From positions 124,001-188,000 of IMG/VR virus record IMGVR_UViG_3300046517_002304: a stretch of DNA of 64,000 nucleotides, one strand, 5' to 3'. Positions 10,873 to 21,006 of this stretch are shown here, piece after piece; positions within the stretch are counted from its first letter, which is position 1; every line of letters begins with the position of its first letter. The notes beneath the pieces are model-generated. The model was not told the DNA's origin and made no database searches. It saw nothing but the letters and a program-made list of their open reading frames with translations. A program made the translations under genes and the position numbers.

Positions 10873-11271
10873 TTAAGAAATTGAGACTGTAAATTGCTTT
10901 GTATCTACCGTCGCCGTAACGCTTGCGCCAGAATTATTACTAATATAAACTTCAAATTTGCTAACCCTGTCGCCTGGAACATTAAATGTTCTATGGTAGG
11001 TTGTGCTAATCGCATATGGCATCGTGAATCCCCAAGGGGCATCATTGGTAGCAGATTCGTAGGTTGGAGTGTCGTCCACCATTCTTAATACATTAACAAT
11101 AACTCCCTGTGTTGCCGTTCCACCGTAAGCAATCGTAACAGAAACTTCAGTTCCTACTTTACCAGAATTTGAAATTGATGCTGTAGTGGAACTACTTGTA
11201 TTAGTAATAGTGGAACTTGCGATGCTTGTCGCTGTCCACGTTGAATCCCAATTAGTGCTGATTGTTGCCAT
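10873..11271 (-). CDS. small Ser/Thr-rich putative virion protein
   Basis: 132 aa, beta-rich composition, TAAATA 7 nt upstream, directly upstream of the fibre gene. Confidence 0.55.
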   Translation of the reverse strand: MATISTNWDSTWTATSIASSTITNTSSSTTASISNSGKVGTEVSVTIAYGGTATQGVIVNVLRMVDDTPTYESATNDAPWGFTMPYAISTTYHRTFNVPGDRVSKFEVYISNNSGASVTATVDTKQFTVSIS

Positions 11272-11307
11272 TATACATTATTTATTAATCTCCACTAATT
11301 TAATCTT

Positions 11308-12177
11308 ATGACTAAGATATTCGTCACCGCAGGAATCGGTGATTTTATAGCATCTGAATGCTTTTTTCCCGAAGATTTGAGGAAAAGCATTACCAAGATA
11401 TATTACGCAACTCCAGCGCAAAAAGAAATTATTCAGATCGTTTCAGCGCTACCTAATTATCCGAATCTTAAAGAACAAGTAATCATATGGAAAGAGTTTA
11501 ATAACCCAGCGCCATATTGCTTCTTTCACAAGAATCACTTTGAGGGATTTTCTAAAAATCATAATGGCGATCCACTTCCAGGTGATTGGAATGAGGTTGA
11601 AGATTGGAGTATCGCCATCAGGTTTAAGGCAGTTAATGAAACAAATGTCTTTAACTACTGGGAACTTTCAAAGACGTTAATTAAACAAGAAGATTTTACA
11701 GATTATACATATTCCAGTTTAATAAAACATAAGCTATGTGATGCGCCTAGCCCGCCGCTAAATGCAGTGGCAATCGCGCCAGTAACAAGTAGTTTTGGCA
11801 GTCCTCCAGAAAGAAATTTTAATGATGACGACTGGAGCACTATTTTATCATTACTAACTGAAAATAACCAGATAGGTGTAGTTTTAGGAACTGGTAATCT
11901 TTATGTTCCAAATCACGGCAGAATTATTAATTTGCTTAATCAAACTTCTATTTTGCAATCGATTGAAATATTAAAACAGTGCCACGGATATTATGGTATT
12001 GACTCTTTTATGTCGGTATTAGCAGCCAAGTTATTTGATAATATAAGAATTAAAAGTTTAAACTCTCACTGTTATCGCTACAAGCACATATATTATTATC
12101 CTAAAACAAATTTTGATTTTTTGTACGGAGCCAACAATCTTGTTCTTCACGCTTTTGGATTAACTGATTTAAAATGA
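11308..12177 (+). CDS. GT9/heptosyltransferase-like glycosyltransferase
   Basis: AGIGD N-terminal motif; INLLNQTSILQSIEILKQCHGYYGIDS C-terminal motif. Confidence 0.65.
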   Translation: MTKIFVTAGIGDFIASECFFPEDLRKSITKIYYATPAQKEIIQIVSALPNYPNLKEQVIIWKEFNNPAPYCFFHKNHFEGFSKNHNGDPLPGDWNEVEDWSIAIRFKAVNETNVFNYWELSKTLIKQEDFTDYTYSSLIKHKLCDAPSPPLNAVAIAPVTSSFGSPPERNFNDDDWSTILSLLTENNQIGVVLGTGNLYVPNHGRIINLLNQTSILQSIEILKQCHGYYGIDSFMSVLAAKLFDNIRIKSLNSHCYRYKHIYYYPKTNFDFLYGANNLVLHAFGLTDLK

Positions 12178-14231
12178 ACGTAATAAAAACATGTAAACAC
12201 GGCCAATTCATATACAATCCGAATGATGAATATATTGGTAGATCACTCACTAATTATGGCGAATATGAAGAAGAAGAGGTTAGGTTTTTTGAAAGCGTAA
12301 TCAAAGAAGGCGATTGGGTATTAGATATTGGGGCCAATATTGGCACGCATACCATAGCTTTTTCTAAGTTAGTTGGCAATGGTGCGGTATGGGCATTTGA
12401 ACCACAAAGACAGGTATATTATGCTCTTTGTGGCAATATAGCAATTAACAATTTGAGTAATGTGTACGCATTTCAACAAGTGGTTAGCAACAAAGATGGG
12501 CAAATGAAAATACCAGAACTTGATTTTAAAGTTCCAGGCAATTTCGGCGGCTTAGAGTTGCATAAAAAGTATGCGCCGAACAAGCCAAACACCATGGCAA
12601 GAATGACCACTATTGATTTAATGAAATTAAAGAGATGTAATTTCATTAAAATAGATGTAGAGGGAATGGAAATGAACGTGTTGGCTGGGGCCAGAAACAC
12701 TATCATTAAATTTCAGCCAATCCTATTCGTTGAAAACGATAGGTTGGACATGGCCAAAGATCTAACTGAATACATAATCAAATTAGGATATAAAACATAT
12801 ATTTATAAGTCATTGTTGTTTAACAAAAACAACTTTCATAAAAATCAGAATAACGTTTTTGGCTTTGTGGGATGTTTAAATTTGATTTGTATACCAAATC
12901 ACATGGCGGACCAATTTGAAGCGGCGTCAGATTTTAAGCCATTTGACGGAGTATTTGACGATAATGACAAGTCTAGTTCAGCAAATGCTATGAGTATTAT
13001 TCGTTGCGATTCTATAAATTATCTTCTTGAATCTGCTCAAAAATGTTCAAATATTCATGAATATGAAAAAGCAGAAGAGTACCTGAATATTGCTTTAAAA
13101 ATTAAAGATGATGAACATGCTGTTTATACTGGACTAGCGGCTTTGATGTATAAGAAAACGGACTTCTCCAGAGCTTTGACATACCTTGATAAATCATTGT
13201 CGCTAGAGCATTCTTTGGCTAATTTAAACTCCAAAGGACTGACGCTAGGGTTTTTAAATCGCCCGAAAGAAGCCATAGAGTGTTTCCGAGAATATTTAAT
13301 GCATAAAGAAAATGATGCACAGGTTCATTTTAATATGTCTTTGGATATGATAAAATCTGGAGATTTTAAAGAAGGCTTCCGAGAGTATGAGTGGAGGCTT
13401 CTATTGCCTAAATCGTCTGCTTATATGGAAAGGTTTGGTTCAAAGCCTATATGGGAAGGTTCGCCAAATAAAAAAGTTCTTTTGTTTATTGAGCAGGGTG
13501 TTGGTGATTTTATACAATTCGTTAGATACGCCAAGCTTCTAAAAGAAAGAGGCTGCTATGTTATTAGCGAAATGTGGGATGATGTAAAAGATTTATTTAA
13601 AGATTACCCTTATATTGATGAATTTGTAGCAATACGCAAATATGGCGAGGATGATTGTAAATTACCTGAATTTGACTGTATTGCATCTTGGTGCAGTTTG
13701 CCATACATTTTCAAAACAACTACAGAAACAATTCCTAGTGACGTACCTTATATTACTGTTAAAGATGGGTTTGATGATATTAATGGCGGAATAGGCATAG
13801 TTTGGGCAGGAAGCACCGTACACGACCATGATCATATAAGAAGCTGCTATTTGAGAGATTTAAAGCCATTAGATGGTCTTAAGTTATACTCCTTACAAAA
13901 AGGCAGTATGCAGAGAGTATGGAACAATACTGGTCCAGTTGATTTAATGGATGGATCTGATGTTAAGTATACAGATCTAGCGCCAAGAATTAATGATTTC
14001 AATGATACTGCTAAAATAATATCTAAATTAGATGCTGTGGCTACTGTTGATACGTCGGTGGCTCATTTAGCGGCGGCTATGGGTAAGCCAGTTTACTTGG
14101 CTCTTGGAAAATCTAATGACTTTCGTTGGTTTGATAAGGGATCTAGCTCACCTTGGTATCCGACTGTTCAGATTTTTCGGCAGGAATCGTCTTGGCTTCA
14201 GGTTTGGGAGCAAGTTCGGCAGAAACTATAA
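12174..14231 (+). CDS. FkbM-family methyltransferase + TPR + GT9-like fusion
   Basis: VLDIGANIG, AFEP, IKIDVEGME; TPR helices; EQGVGDFIQFVRY, GIVWAG, TVDTSVAHLAAAMGKP, SPWYP. Confidence 0.85.
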   Translation: MNVIKTCKHGQFIYNPNDEYIGRSLTNYGEYEEEEVRFFESVIKEGDWVLDIGANIGTHTIAFSKLVGNGAVWAFEPQRQVYYALCGNIAINNLSNVYAFQQVVSNKDGQMKIPELDFKVPGNFGGLELHKKYAPNKPNTMARMTTIDLMKLKRCNFIKIDVEGMEMNVLAGARNTIIKFQPILFVENDRLDMAKDLTEYIIKLGYKTYIYKSLLFNKNNFHKNQNNVFGFVGCLNLICIPNHMADQFEAASDFKPFDGVFDDNDKSSSANAMSIIRCDSINYLLESAQKCSNIHEYEKAEEYLNIALKIKDDEHAVYTGLAALMYKKTDFSRALTYLDKSLSLEHSLANLNSKGLTLGFLNRPKEAIECFREYLMHKENDAQVHFNMSLDMIKSGDFKEGFREYEWRLLLPKSSAYMERFGSKPIWEGSPNKKVLLFIEQGVGDFIQFVRYAKLLKERGCYVISEMWDDVKDLFKDYPYIDEFVAIRKYGEDDCKLPEFDCIASWCSLPYIFKTTTETIPSDVPYITVKDGFDDINGGIGIVWAGSTVHDHDHIRSCYLRDLKPLDGLKLYSLQKGSMQRVWNNTGPVDLMDGSDVKYTDLAPRINDFNDTAKIISKLDAVATVDTSVAHLAAAMGKPVYLALGKSNDFRWFDKGSSSPWYPTVQIFRQESSWLQVWEQVRQKL

Positions 14232-14412
14232 CCTTTCCATTATCTAAAGTTAAGGTAAAGTTGGTTATTAGTTTATTGTTTTTTAACTTTGTAAAGAGAT
14301 TATTAATCTGGATGTGCGCATCAGAATTATCTTGAATATCGGCTGGACTGTCAGGAAAGAATAACTTTCTCGGAAGCGTAATGTGGACTTTTCCACCATC
14401 TACTATAGGCAT
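14143..14412 (-). CDS. hypothetical protein
   Basis: 89 aa; AGGAG upstream; 3' end overlaps convergent gene. Confidence 0.5.
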   Translation of the reverse strand: MPIVDGGKVHITLPRKLFFPDSPADIQDNSDAHIQINNLFTKLKNNKLITNFTLTLDNGKVIVSAELAPKPEAKTIPAEKSEQSDTKVS

Positions 14413-14477
14413 AATTGTCTCCTAAAATTCTTAGCTTGAAGCCTATATAAATTAGTTAACTAAAAGGAAAATTCACA

Positions 14478-14915
14478 ATGGCAGCAATGTCTACTTATCT
14501 TGAAGGTCAGTTTATTACCCATGTGTTCCGCACTGGAACATTTACTAAACCGACAGTATTGGCCCTAGCTCTTTGTACTACGACCCCGATTGCAAGCGAT
14601 TCAGGAACGCTAAGCGGTGCAGGTTCAACTGGTATTGAAGTAGCAAACAGTAATGGCTATACCCGAGTCACCTACAATCCACTTGACGCTAACTGGGCTG
14701 TTGCCAGCAATGGTACAACTAGCAACTCAAGCTCTATTACTTGGGCGTCAGCTACGGGTAACTGGGGGACAGTAACGTCACTCGCTATATGCGATAACAT
14801 TACTTATAATACCGGGCAAATGTTCTTTTTTTCGACGCTTGCACAAAATAAAGTTCTCAGTGCGAACGATACTTTCTCCTTCGCATCATCAGGCTTGACG
14901 GTTTCGTTTAGCTAA
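14478..14915 (+). CDS. small phage tail/fibre-associated protein
   Basis: MAAMSTYLE..LALCTT.P..EVANSNGYTRV..ATGNWGTVT..NDTFSF pattern typical of a widespread small phage tail-protein family. Confidence 0.65.
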   Translation: MAAMSTYLEGQFITHVFRTGTFTKPTVLALALCTTTPIASDSGTLSGAGSTGIEVANSNGYTRVTYNPLDANWAVASNGTTSNSSSITWASATGNWGTVTSLAICDNITYNTGQMFFFSTLAQNKVLSANDTFSFASSGLTVSFS

Positions 14916-14938
14916 CTTTTTATTATATTGTTTTATCC

Positions 14939-14970
14939 AAACCCACGTCAAAATTTGACGTGGGTTTTTT
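14939..14970. terminator. intrinsic terminator between convergent genes
   Basis: AAACCCACGTCAAA-A-TTTGACGTGGGTTT followed by T tract. Confidence 0.85.
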
Positions 14971-15002
14971 ATTTTGATTAACTTGCTTTCATACTATCAT
15001 TA

Positions 15003-16460
15003 TCATTGCTGTTCTTTATTTCCATTACTTTTTCTTTTGCTAATTTTATTTTTATTTATATGCTTTTTACTGATTACTTCGTGCGTTATTTGTTTTAATG
15101 TTTGTTGTCCAGGAAATCCGTTAAATCCTCGCCGTAAATTTTGATCTAAGTTTTTCCAAGATATTCCTAATTCATCATATATTATTGAGGATGTGTCAAT
15201 ACAAGACGGCAGTTTATCATTATCATTAATAAACATTTTAATCCAACTTTTTACTTGTTCAGTTGTAATTTTCCTATTTGTAATTCCTAATCTTCCGTTT
15301 TTTGGATCATTTATATTATATCCTAGGTCGTCATTTTTGCTGCCGAAGTAATTGATCCAGAAGCACTCTCTTTGGGTTGCCGTATCTGGAGTTACTTCTT
15401 TAAAAGTTTCTAACATTAAAAATGCAAAAGCATGATCTCCTCGTTTATTCCATGATCGCTGTAAATGAATATTATCATGTTGGTTTTTTTCTAGATCCCA
15501 TTGATGTTCGCTCAATCTTCCGCCTATGCCGTCCTTACTTATTGCTTGCCCTACATATATTTTACCGCTAATAGTATTAAAGATTCCGTAAATTCCGCTC
15601 ACGCCATAAAATTCACTGAATTCTCCGACTACTGCGTACGTGCCACCCAATAATTCATTACACTTATCTTTAATTTGTTTTAAAGTAAGTTCGCAAGAAG
15701 ATTTACGATACGTCAAATGATTATTAGTAGCCATTGCCATTTCTGGATCAGTAAAATTTCTAAACACTCTATCCACTAATTTATAATAACTCACTTTACA
15801 CCGAAAATCTAGTGACCACTCTTTTGCAGTCTTAGTTTCACCGAATGCAGTAATCTCTTTATTTAAGTTCCTAAATGCTTCGGGAGCGTAGTCTTTAGAC
15901 AATGACTTTTCTGGACTCATTCCATATTGAAATATCCTATTAGACAAAATGTCATAACCTACTTCGCAATTTGGGTGTTGCGATAGTTCTTTTAACGTAT
16001 ATTCTTTGCCTTTATAGGATACTACAGCATCCACTCTATTATTATGTGTACATTCTTCATAATAGCAATTTTCTGGTGAATACGGCTTATTATTATCTTT
16101 ACGATACATCCTGTAACTTTTTTGCCATCCTGCTTTAATTGCCCAATCCTTAAATACATCAAAGCTTGTCCACTCCGAACATACATTTTCCTTGTATTCA
16201 CTGCGCATTGCATTCCAGCACTTATACAGAGGATCTTTTTCTCTAGTTGCCTTAATAAAATGATAGCAATTATCTGGCGAAAAAGGCTTACTATTATCTT
16301 TTCTTTTGATAATTTGGCCGTCTTCCCATCCACCGTCAATCGCCCATTTTTCAAAAATCTTAAAATCTAGCCATTCCGGACAAACGCCAACATTTCCCTT
16401 AGCGCCAATCCAGGATTTGTAAAGCCGATTTGTTCTTCTGTTTTGATTAAAGTCATACAT
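15003..16460 (-). CDS. GIY-YIG homing endonuclease with N-terminal degenerate HNH-type modules
   Basis: SGIYGIFNTISGKIYVGQA..R..H..N.HLQRSWNK..RE..WI..GYN; two N-terminal R.DN.KP.SP.NC modules. Confidence 0.8.
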   Translation of the reverse strand: MYDFNQNRRTNRLYKSWIGAKGNVGVCPEWLDFKIFEKWAIDGGWEDGQIIKRKDNSKPFSPDNCYHFIKATREKDPLYKCWNAMRSEYKENVCSEWTSFDVFKDWAIKAGWQKSYRMYRKDNNKPYSPENCYYEECTHNNRVDAVVSYKGKEYTLKELSQHPNCEVGYDILSNRIFQYGMSPEKSLSKDYAPEAFRNLNKEITAFGETKTAKEWSLDFRCKVSYYKLVDRVFRNFTDPEMAMATNNHLTYRKSSCELTLKQIKDKCNELLGGTYAVVGEFSEFYGVSGIYGIFNTISGKIYVGQAISKDGIGGRLSEHQWDLEKNQHDNIHLQRSWNKRGDHAFAFLMLETFKEVTPDTATQRECFWINYFGSKNDDLGYNINDPKNGRLGITNRKITTEQVKSWIKMFINDNDKLPSCIDTSSIIYDELGISWKNLDQNLRRGFNGFPGQQTLKQITHEVISKKHINKNKISKRKSNGNKEQQ

Positions 16461-16503
16461 ATTTCACCTTATACGTATTAATCGTCAAATCAAAGCCAAA
16501 ACA

Positions 16504-16719
16504 TTAAGAAAAATCACTTCTAGTCAGTCGTGCTACAACGACATTCTCAGATCCAAGAGCAATTTCTGGTAAAGCGCCTATATCGTTAATAGCTCCAAAT
16601 GAACGACAAGTTGAGCAATTCCCTGCCGCTGTAGGATCATATGGTTTTTGAAATTCTGGCTGACTAGAAAGCCTTTGGTTAATAGATAAGCCGCAACAAC
16701 CCGGGGGAACTAAAGTCAT
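16504..16719 (-). CDS. small Cys-rich protein (PEFQKPY family)
   Basis: 71 aa; paralog of 16716-16901. Confidence 0.6.
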   Translation of the reverse strand: MTLVPPGCCGLSINQRLSSQPEFQKPYDPTAAGNCSTCRSFGAINDIGALPEIALGSENVVVARLTRSDFS

Positions 16720-16901
16720 CTTGTATTTCTTTCAATCAAGATAACTGGCTGCTCCACTATTTCTGGAACAACTACTGGTTTGTCTATCCAAGTAAACATA
16801 TCTCCGCATGAATTACAAGACGGAATAAAGTTATAAGGCCGTTGAAATTCTGGTGCATCAGGCACATTTTGATTACTTTGATTTGGGTCGCAACAGCTCA
16901 T
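16716..16901 (-). CDS. small Cys-rich protein (PEFQRPY family)
   Basis: 61 aa; ATGA overlap with the next gene. Confidence 0.6.
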   Translation of the reverse strand: MSCCDPNQSNQNVPDAPEFQRPYNFIPSCNSCGDMFTWIDKPVVVPEIVEQPVILIERNTR

Positions 16902-16916
16902 ACACTATATATCAAT

Positions 16917-17456
16917 ATGATACGAGACGCTTGTGGAAAACCATATCAGTTATCTGGTTCGCTTCAGATGTTTGATCAGAATAATCCTGATTTGGCCATG
17001 CTTCACTCTATAAATGCCGAGCTATATCGCATATATGGTAGCCCGGCTTTATTCTTTCCTATTTTAATTAATGTTGATAACGTAGACAAGCTTTGGATTG
17101 AAGATAGAACTAAGCTTTGGGCACCAGGCATAGAAATATTTGTTCTATATACGCCACTCCCAGCAGTGTTTCAACAAGGCCAATTTGGTATTGATGGGCC
17201 GATGGATTTGGTTCTTGAAACTCACAACCAATCTTTAATCGCTGCATTGGGACAAGCGCCAAGAATAGGATCTAAAATATTTTTACCACTTAAGCGTGAA
17301 TGGTTTGTCTTAACTGCCGCACAGAACGAAAACTTTGCTCTATGGAATCAATTTGGTATAAATTTAATTTGTCAGAGATTCCAGGAAACGGTTACGGATG
17401 CTAGCGGCTCTCCATCTTTGGCAAACCAAACTACTACTACTTTTAATATTGATTAA
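16917..17456 (+). CDS. T4 gp14-like neck/head-closure protein
   Basis: Start revised to ATG 16917; ELYRIYGSP..DKLWIEDRTK..QFGID pattern resembles gp14. Confidence 0.6.
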   Translation: MIRDACGKPYQLSGSLQMFDQNNPDLAMLHSINAELYRIYGSPALFFPILINVDNVDKLWIEDRTKLWAPGIEIFVLYTPLPAVFQQGQFGIDGPMDLVLETHNQSLIAALGQAPRIGSKIFLPLKREWFVLTAAQNENFALWNQFGINLICQRFQETVTDASGSPSLANQTTTTFNID

Positions 17457-17459
17457 GTC

Positions 17460-17951
17460 ATGGCTATTATAAATAAAGACGGAACCCCATATAGATTAAC
17501 TCATCCTAATCAACTGATGCTTGACCAAAACTTATCAGATGAAAAGTATGAATTACATAACTTTAATGTAAAAGAAATGCCTAAAAAAACACAAATTAAA
17601 CATGAAGTAAGACAGGTTATAATTGAAAAAATTGACCCTGCTACACCACCCGAGTACCAGTTAACTATGTTGAATTGCCTGCCGGCAAAAACGATCCAAG
17701 TAAAAGATGATCTATACGATGAAGTAAAAGTAAAGGTTCAATACGACAAGCCATCTAAAATTAGTTTTTTTATATCTAAGGTAGATGATATTTTATTTCA
17801 GTGCTGGAGCAAAACGCAAATAGGAAAAGATTCTATAATTCATCAAGCTAGGGAAAGGCGCTGGTGGATGGTAAAAGAAATAGGCGAGCAAGAGGGATGG
17901 TATTTTTATTCCTGTATACCTTCTTCAATTACGCCTTACTTTGAGGCATAG
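17460..17951 (+). CDS. putative virion protein
   Basis: 163 aa; N-terminus (NKDGTPYRL) resembles the upstream gene; DDLYDE motif. Confidence 0.5.
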   Translation: MAIINKDGTPYRLTHPNQLMLDQNLSDEKYELHNFNVKEMPKKTQIKHEVRQVIIEKIDPATPPEYQLTMLNCLPAKTIQVKDDLYDEVKVKVQYDKPSKISFFISKVDDILFQCWSKTQIGKDSIIHQARERRWWMVKEIGEQEGWYFYSCIPSSITPYFEA

Positions 17952-18186
17952 AAACGTCCGCTTTTATTCCTAGTCTTGCTAGTTCTGCTTTATTTTGTTC
18001 TATGCAAGCTAGATAAGCCGCGCCGTAGAGGTCTGCTATCATTTGGCATAAATTTGTCACATCTTTTTCAGTCACGAATTGCGTTGCCATTCGTTCTATT
18101 AGTTCAGCGTGCGCCGGATACTTATCTTTTAGAATTTCTTTTATGAATTTATGAAGATGTGGCTTATATGGTAGATGAGAAAGCAT
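17929..18186 (-). CDS. hypothetical protein
   Basis: 85 aa helical ORF. Confidence 0.55.
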   Translation of the reverse strand: MLSHLPYKPHLHKFIKEILKDKYPAHAELIERMATQFVTEKDVTNLCQMIADLYGAAYLACIEQNKAELARLGIKADVSMPQSKA

Positions 18187-18952
18187 TTATTCGTTCTATT
18201 CCTTTGTTAAAGTATTCTTCGTTTTTTTCTATGCAGATAAAGTTTCTTTTAGTGCCTATACAAGCTACGGCGGTTGTCATAGAGCCAGCAGTATTATCTA
18301 GAACTAAATCACCTTCGTTAGTATAGGTTTTAATTAACCACTCAAATAATTCTACTGGTTTTTGTGTTGGAACAGTTGGCCTTGCTTCAGATTTAAACGG
18401 AAGTACGCTGATTGGGTTTTTTAAAGACGTATCTTTGTCCGTAGTCATTTTGTAGACTCCGGTAGACATATTGTTAAATTCACCGACTTGTTTATCCTTA
18501 AATTTTCTCTTATATCTTTTAATAGTTTGCTCTGATGCCGGCAACATTTGTGGGTTATATGTTGGGCTTTGCTTATAAAATATACAGATATTTTCATGCA
18601 TTTTCATTGGCATATACTTAGCTAATTGGAATGAACCACATTTAGTTTTTTGCCATATTAGTTCATATTTGAAATTCTCAATATTACTATTAATTAGCTT
18701 AGTCGTAAACGGTTGCGATGCAGTAAATGCCATAACCCCATTTGGTTTAATCAATCTGTTATAATGCTCCCATAAGCTATGCATAGGTATATTTTCATCC
18801 CATTTTACCCAGGTGGTGCCGTATGGAAGATCACATAAGATGAAATCTATGCTTTTTTCCTGTATATAATGCATAACATTGAGACAATCGCCTAAGCATA
18901 AAGAATTAGGCTGTATGGGGCTTTCCGATGTGTAATCTTTAATTATTTGCAT
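18164..18952 (-). CDS. DNA methyltransferase, N4C/N6A beta class
   Basis: GDCL..ILCDLPYG (motif IV) ...PTQKPVEL..VLDNTAGSMTT (motif I); start revised to ATG 18952. Confidence 0.9.
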   Translation of the reverse strand: MQIIKDYTSESPIQPNSLCLGDCLNVMHYIQEKSIDFILCDLPYGTTWVKWDENIPMHSLWEHYNRLIKPNGVMAFTASQPFTTKLINSNIENFKYELIWQKTKCGSFQLAKYMPMKMHENICIFYKQSPTYNPQMLPASEQTIKRYKRKFKDKQVGEFNNMSTGVYKMTTDKDTSLKNPISVLPFKSEARPTVPTQKPVELFEWLIKTYTNEGDLVLDNTAGSMTTAVACIGTKRNFICIEKNEEYFNKGIERINAFSSTI

Positions 18953-18988
18953 TATATATAAGGTACAACATATCATAGGGTAAATTGC

Positions 18989-20539
18989 ATGAACTTTACT
19001 GATTTTATACAAGAGACAGATTCGGAATTTTTGTTAGAGGCGAACCCACGTAAGGGCGTCACCGACAAAGCTTTAAGAGTTAAGCTAGTTCCGGACAATA
19101 CTGACCGAGAATTGTTTATGCGATTTTCTGCATCTTTCCCAGATGAAGGGCGTAATCAGAAGGCAAGACAACAATTAGAGAGCATGGGATTGAAGCCGTC
19201 AACTCAGTTGGCCGCGAAAGTCGTGAGGGCCAGATATGCAGTCGCAGCGGCGCACGGCGCAGGCGCTAACCCGCAATTACAGAAAGATGCATCAGAACAT
19301 AATGTATATTTCACACAGCCAAGCGGCGAAACAGCAACTCTAGTTGTTGGAAGCAATGAAATTCCTAATATTAACATCGGGTTTGAATCATTGAAGCATA
19401 AATTAGAAAACTACCCCGTTTCCGATACCGAAACCGGCAATGTTAAAAAGGAATTACCTAGGTTTACGCATCCTACTGTTCAGGGTAAGATTTCGCCACG
19501 AGACACAGAAGGTAATCCTACAAAGGGCAAGCAGACCAATGGTATTAATAAGGCAACATTAGGTATTTCTGGTCATCCATCAGAAGTAGGTTGGTCAATC
19601 GCTTATCACAGAACTGGTGTTAAGGCTAATAAAATGACTCCAGAGGAAGAAAAGTATGCGGAAAAGCCTAGTTCTGTAGACACATCGCAATCGCCAGAAA
19701 TGGGCGATGAAGAGGAGCGAACTAGAGTTAAGAAATTAACCGCTGCCGGTAATAACTACGTTGATAATGTTCTCTTCAACCCAACTGAAATGCCGTCTGA
19801 AATGAATGACTCTGAAGGGAATGAATTAACCAATAAGCAGGTATTGGGAATGATCAAGAATGCTATCCGCAGACAAAATCTAAAGAATGTAGATCCACAA
19901 GACGTTTTGTCAGCATTCGCAATGCAGGTTCGCAATAAGTATGGTGAATTTGAAAATTATGAAAATGCTGAAAAGATGATTAATTCTTTAATTCCTATTG
20001 CGATCCATGATGCGAGAGAAGCATCGGGACATGGTAGAAAAGCCGGGGAAGACTTGACTCACGGTAAAAAATATCAGATGAAGGCAGGAAGCATTGAAGG
20101 CGAAGAAGATCAGGAAACCGGCAAGTTTAAAGGCAAGATGGTTTCTACTGATGATCTTAAGAAGAGACTTGATCTAAGAACTCCTGAATATCAAGGTGAG
20201 CCAGTTCAAGGCGCTGATAAGGAAGCTGAAGTTCCTTACGAACCTCGTCCTCAAAATATTAGAACTTATAAAGCATCTCATAGAAGTCCTGATCAACCTG
20301 ATCAAATAGCGGCAGATATGGCCGCAGAAAAAGAAAATAAGCGAACCAAGGACTTGTATGGAGCCGCTAAGCCAGAAATGCCCAAAGATGACATTGAACG
20401 CGCATCGCCAGAAGAAATGGCCGCACGCCGACAAGAATTTTTGGGTAAGGTGCGCAATCTAGCTGCATCTAATCAGCCAGCGGCAACTCAGCCATCTTCT
20501 GTCCTACAGAGATTGCGACAGAAGTTTAAAGTTGCTTAA
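18989..20539 (+). CDS. hydrophilic putative internal head protein
   Basis: 516 aa; MNFTDFIQE..LLE N-terminus. Confidence 0.6.
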   Translation: MNFTDFIQETDSEFLLEANPRKGVTDKALRVKLVPDNTDRELFMRFSASFPDEGRNQKARQQLESMGLKPSTQLAAKVVRARYAVAAAHGAGANPQLQKDASEHNVYFTQPSGETATLVVGSNEIPNINIGFESLKHKLENYPVSDTETGNVKKELPRFTHPTVQGKISPRDTEGNPTKGKQTNGINKATLGISGHPSEVGWSIAYHRTGVKANKMTPEEEKYAEKPSSVDTSQSPEMGDEEERTRVKKLTAAGNNYVDNVLFNPTEMPSEMNDSEGNELTNKQVLGMIKNAIRRQNLKNVDPQDVLSAFAMQVRNKYGEFENYENAEKMINSLIPIAIHDAREASGHGRKAGEDLTHGKKYQMKAGSIEGEEDQETGKFKGKMVSTDDLKKRLDLRTPEYQGEPVQGADKEAEVPYEPRPQNIRTYKASHRSPDQPDQIAADMAAEKENKRTKDLYGAAKPEMPKDDIERASPEEMAARRQEFLGKVRNLAASNQPAATQPSSVLQRLRQKFKVA

Positions 20540-20541
20540 AT

Positions 20542-21006
20542 TTAGTGTAGTTGGGCCATAGATGAGCGTGAATTAAAAGGCATTACTTTAGATTTAGCTA
20601 ATTTACAAGATTCGATACGGTGAAATCTTCTAGTATCTCCCTTGTATTCGCGAGCAGTAATTCCTATTTCACCAGAAATTAGATCGTGATTTTTAGAGTT
20701 TTCGTGCCATAAGGTTGAGTATGCATTTAAATACCAAAGATCTTTGAAAATTGCGAGAGCATCTGTTTCATTAAATTTAATTATATTTATGCTAAAATAC
20801 GGAACCAAATCTTCCAACTGCTTAAAGGATTGAAACTGTTTTGCATGAGACAAAAGATATCTAAGATTGGTTATAGTCCCATATTCACTGTACTCAATTT
20901 CGGGTAAGTTATTCGGATTATCTGGATTAAATGTTTTGGCATCTAGTCCAGATACTAGTGGTAATGCAGCCAAGCCAGTTAAAATAGCATTTCTTCTAGT
21001 AATCAT
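20542..21006 (-). CDS. protein with twin-arginine-like signal peptide
   Basis: MITRRNAILTGLAALPLVSGLDA. Confidence 0.55.
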   Translation of the reverse strand: MITRRNAILTGLAALPLVSGLDAKTFNPDNPNNLPEIEYSEYGTITNLRYLLSHAKQFQSFKQLEDLVPYFSINIIKFNETDALAIFKDLWYLNAYSTLWHENSKNHDLISGEIGITAREYKGDTRRFHRIESCKLAKSKVMPFNSRSSMAQLH

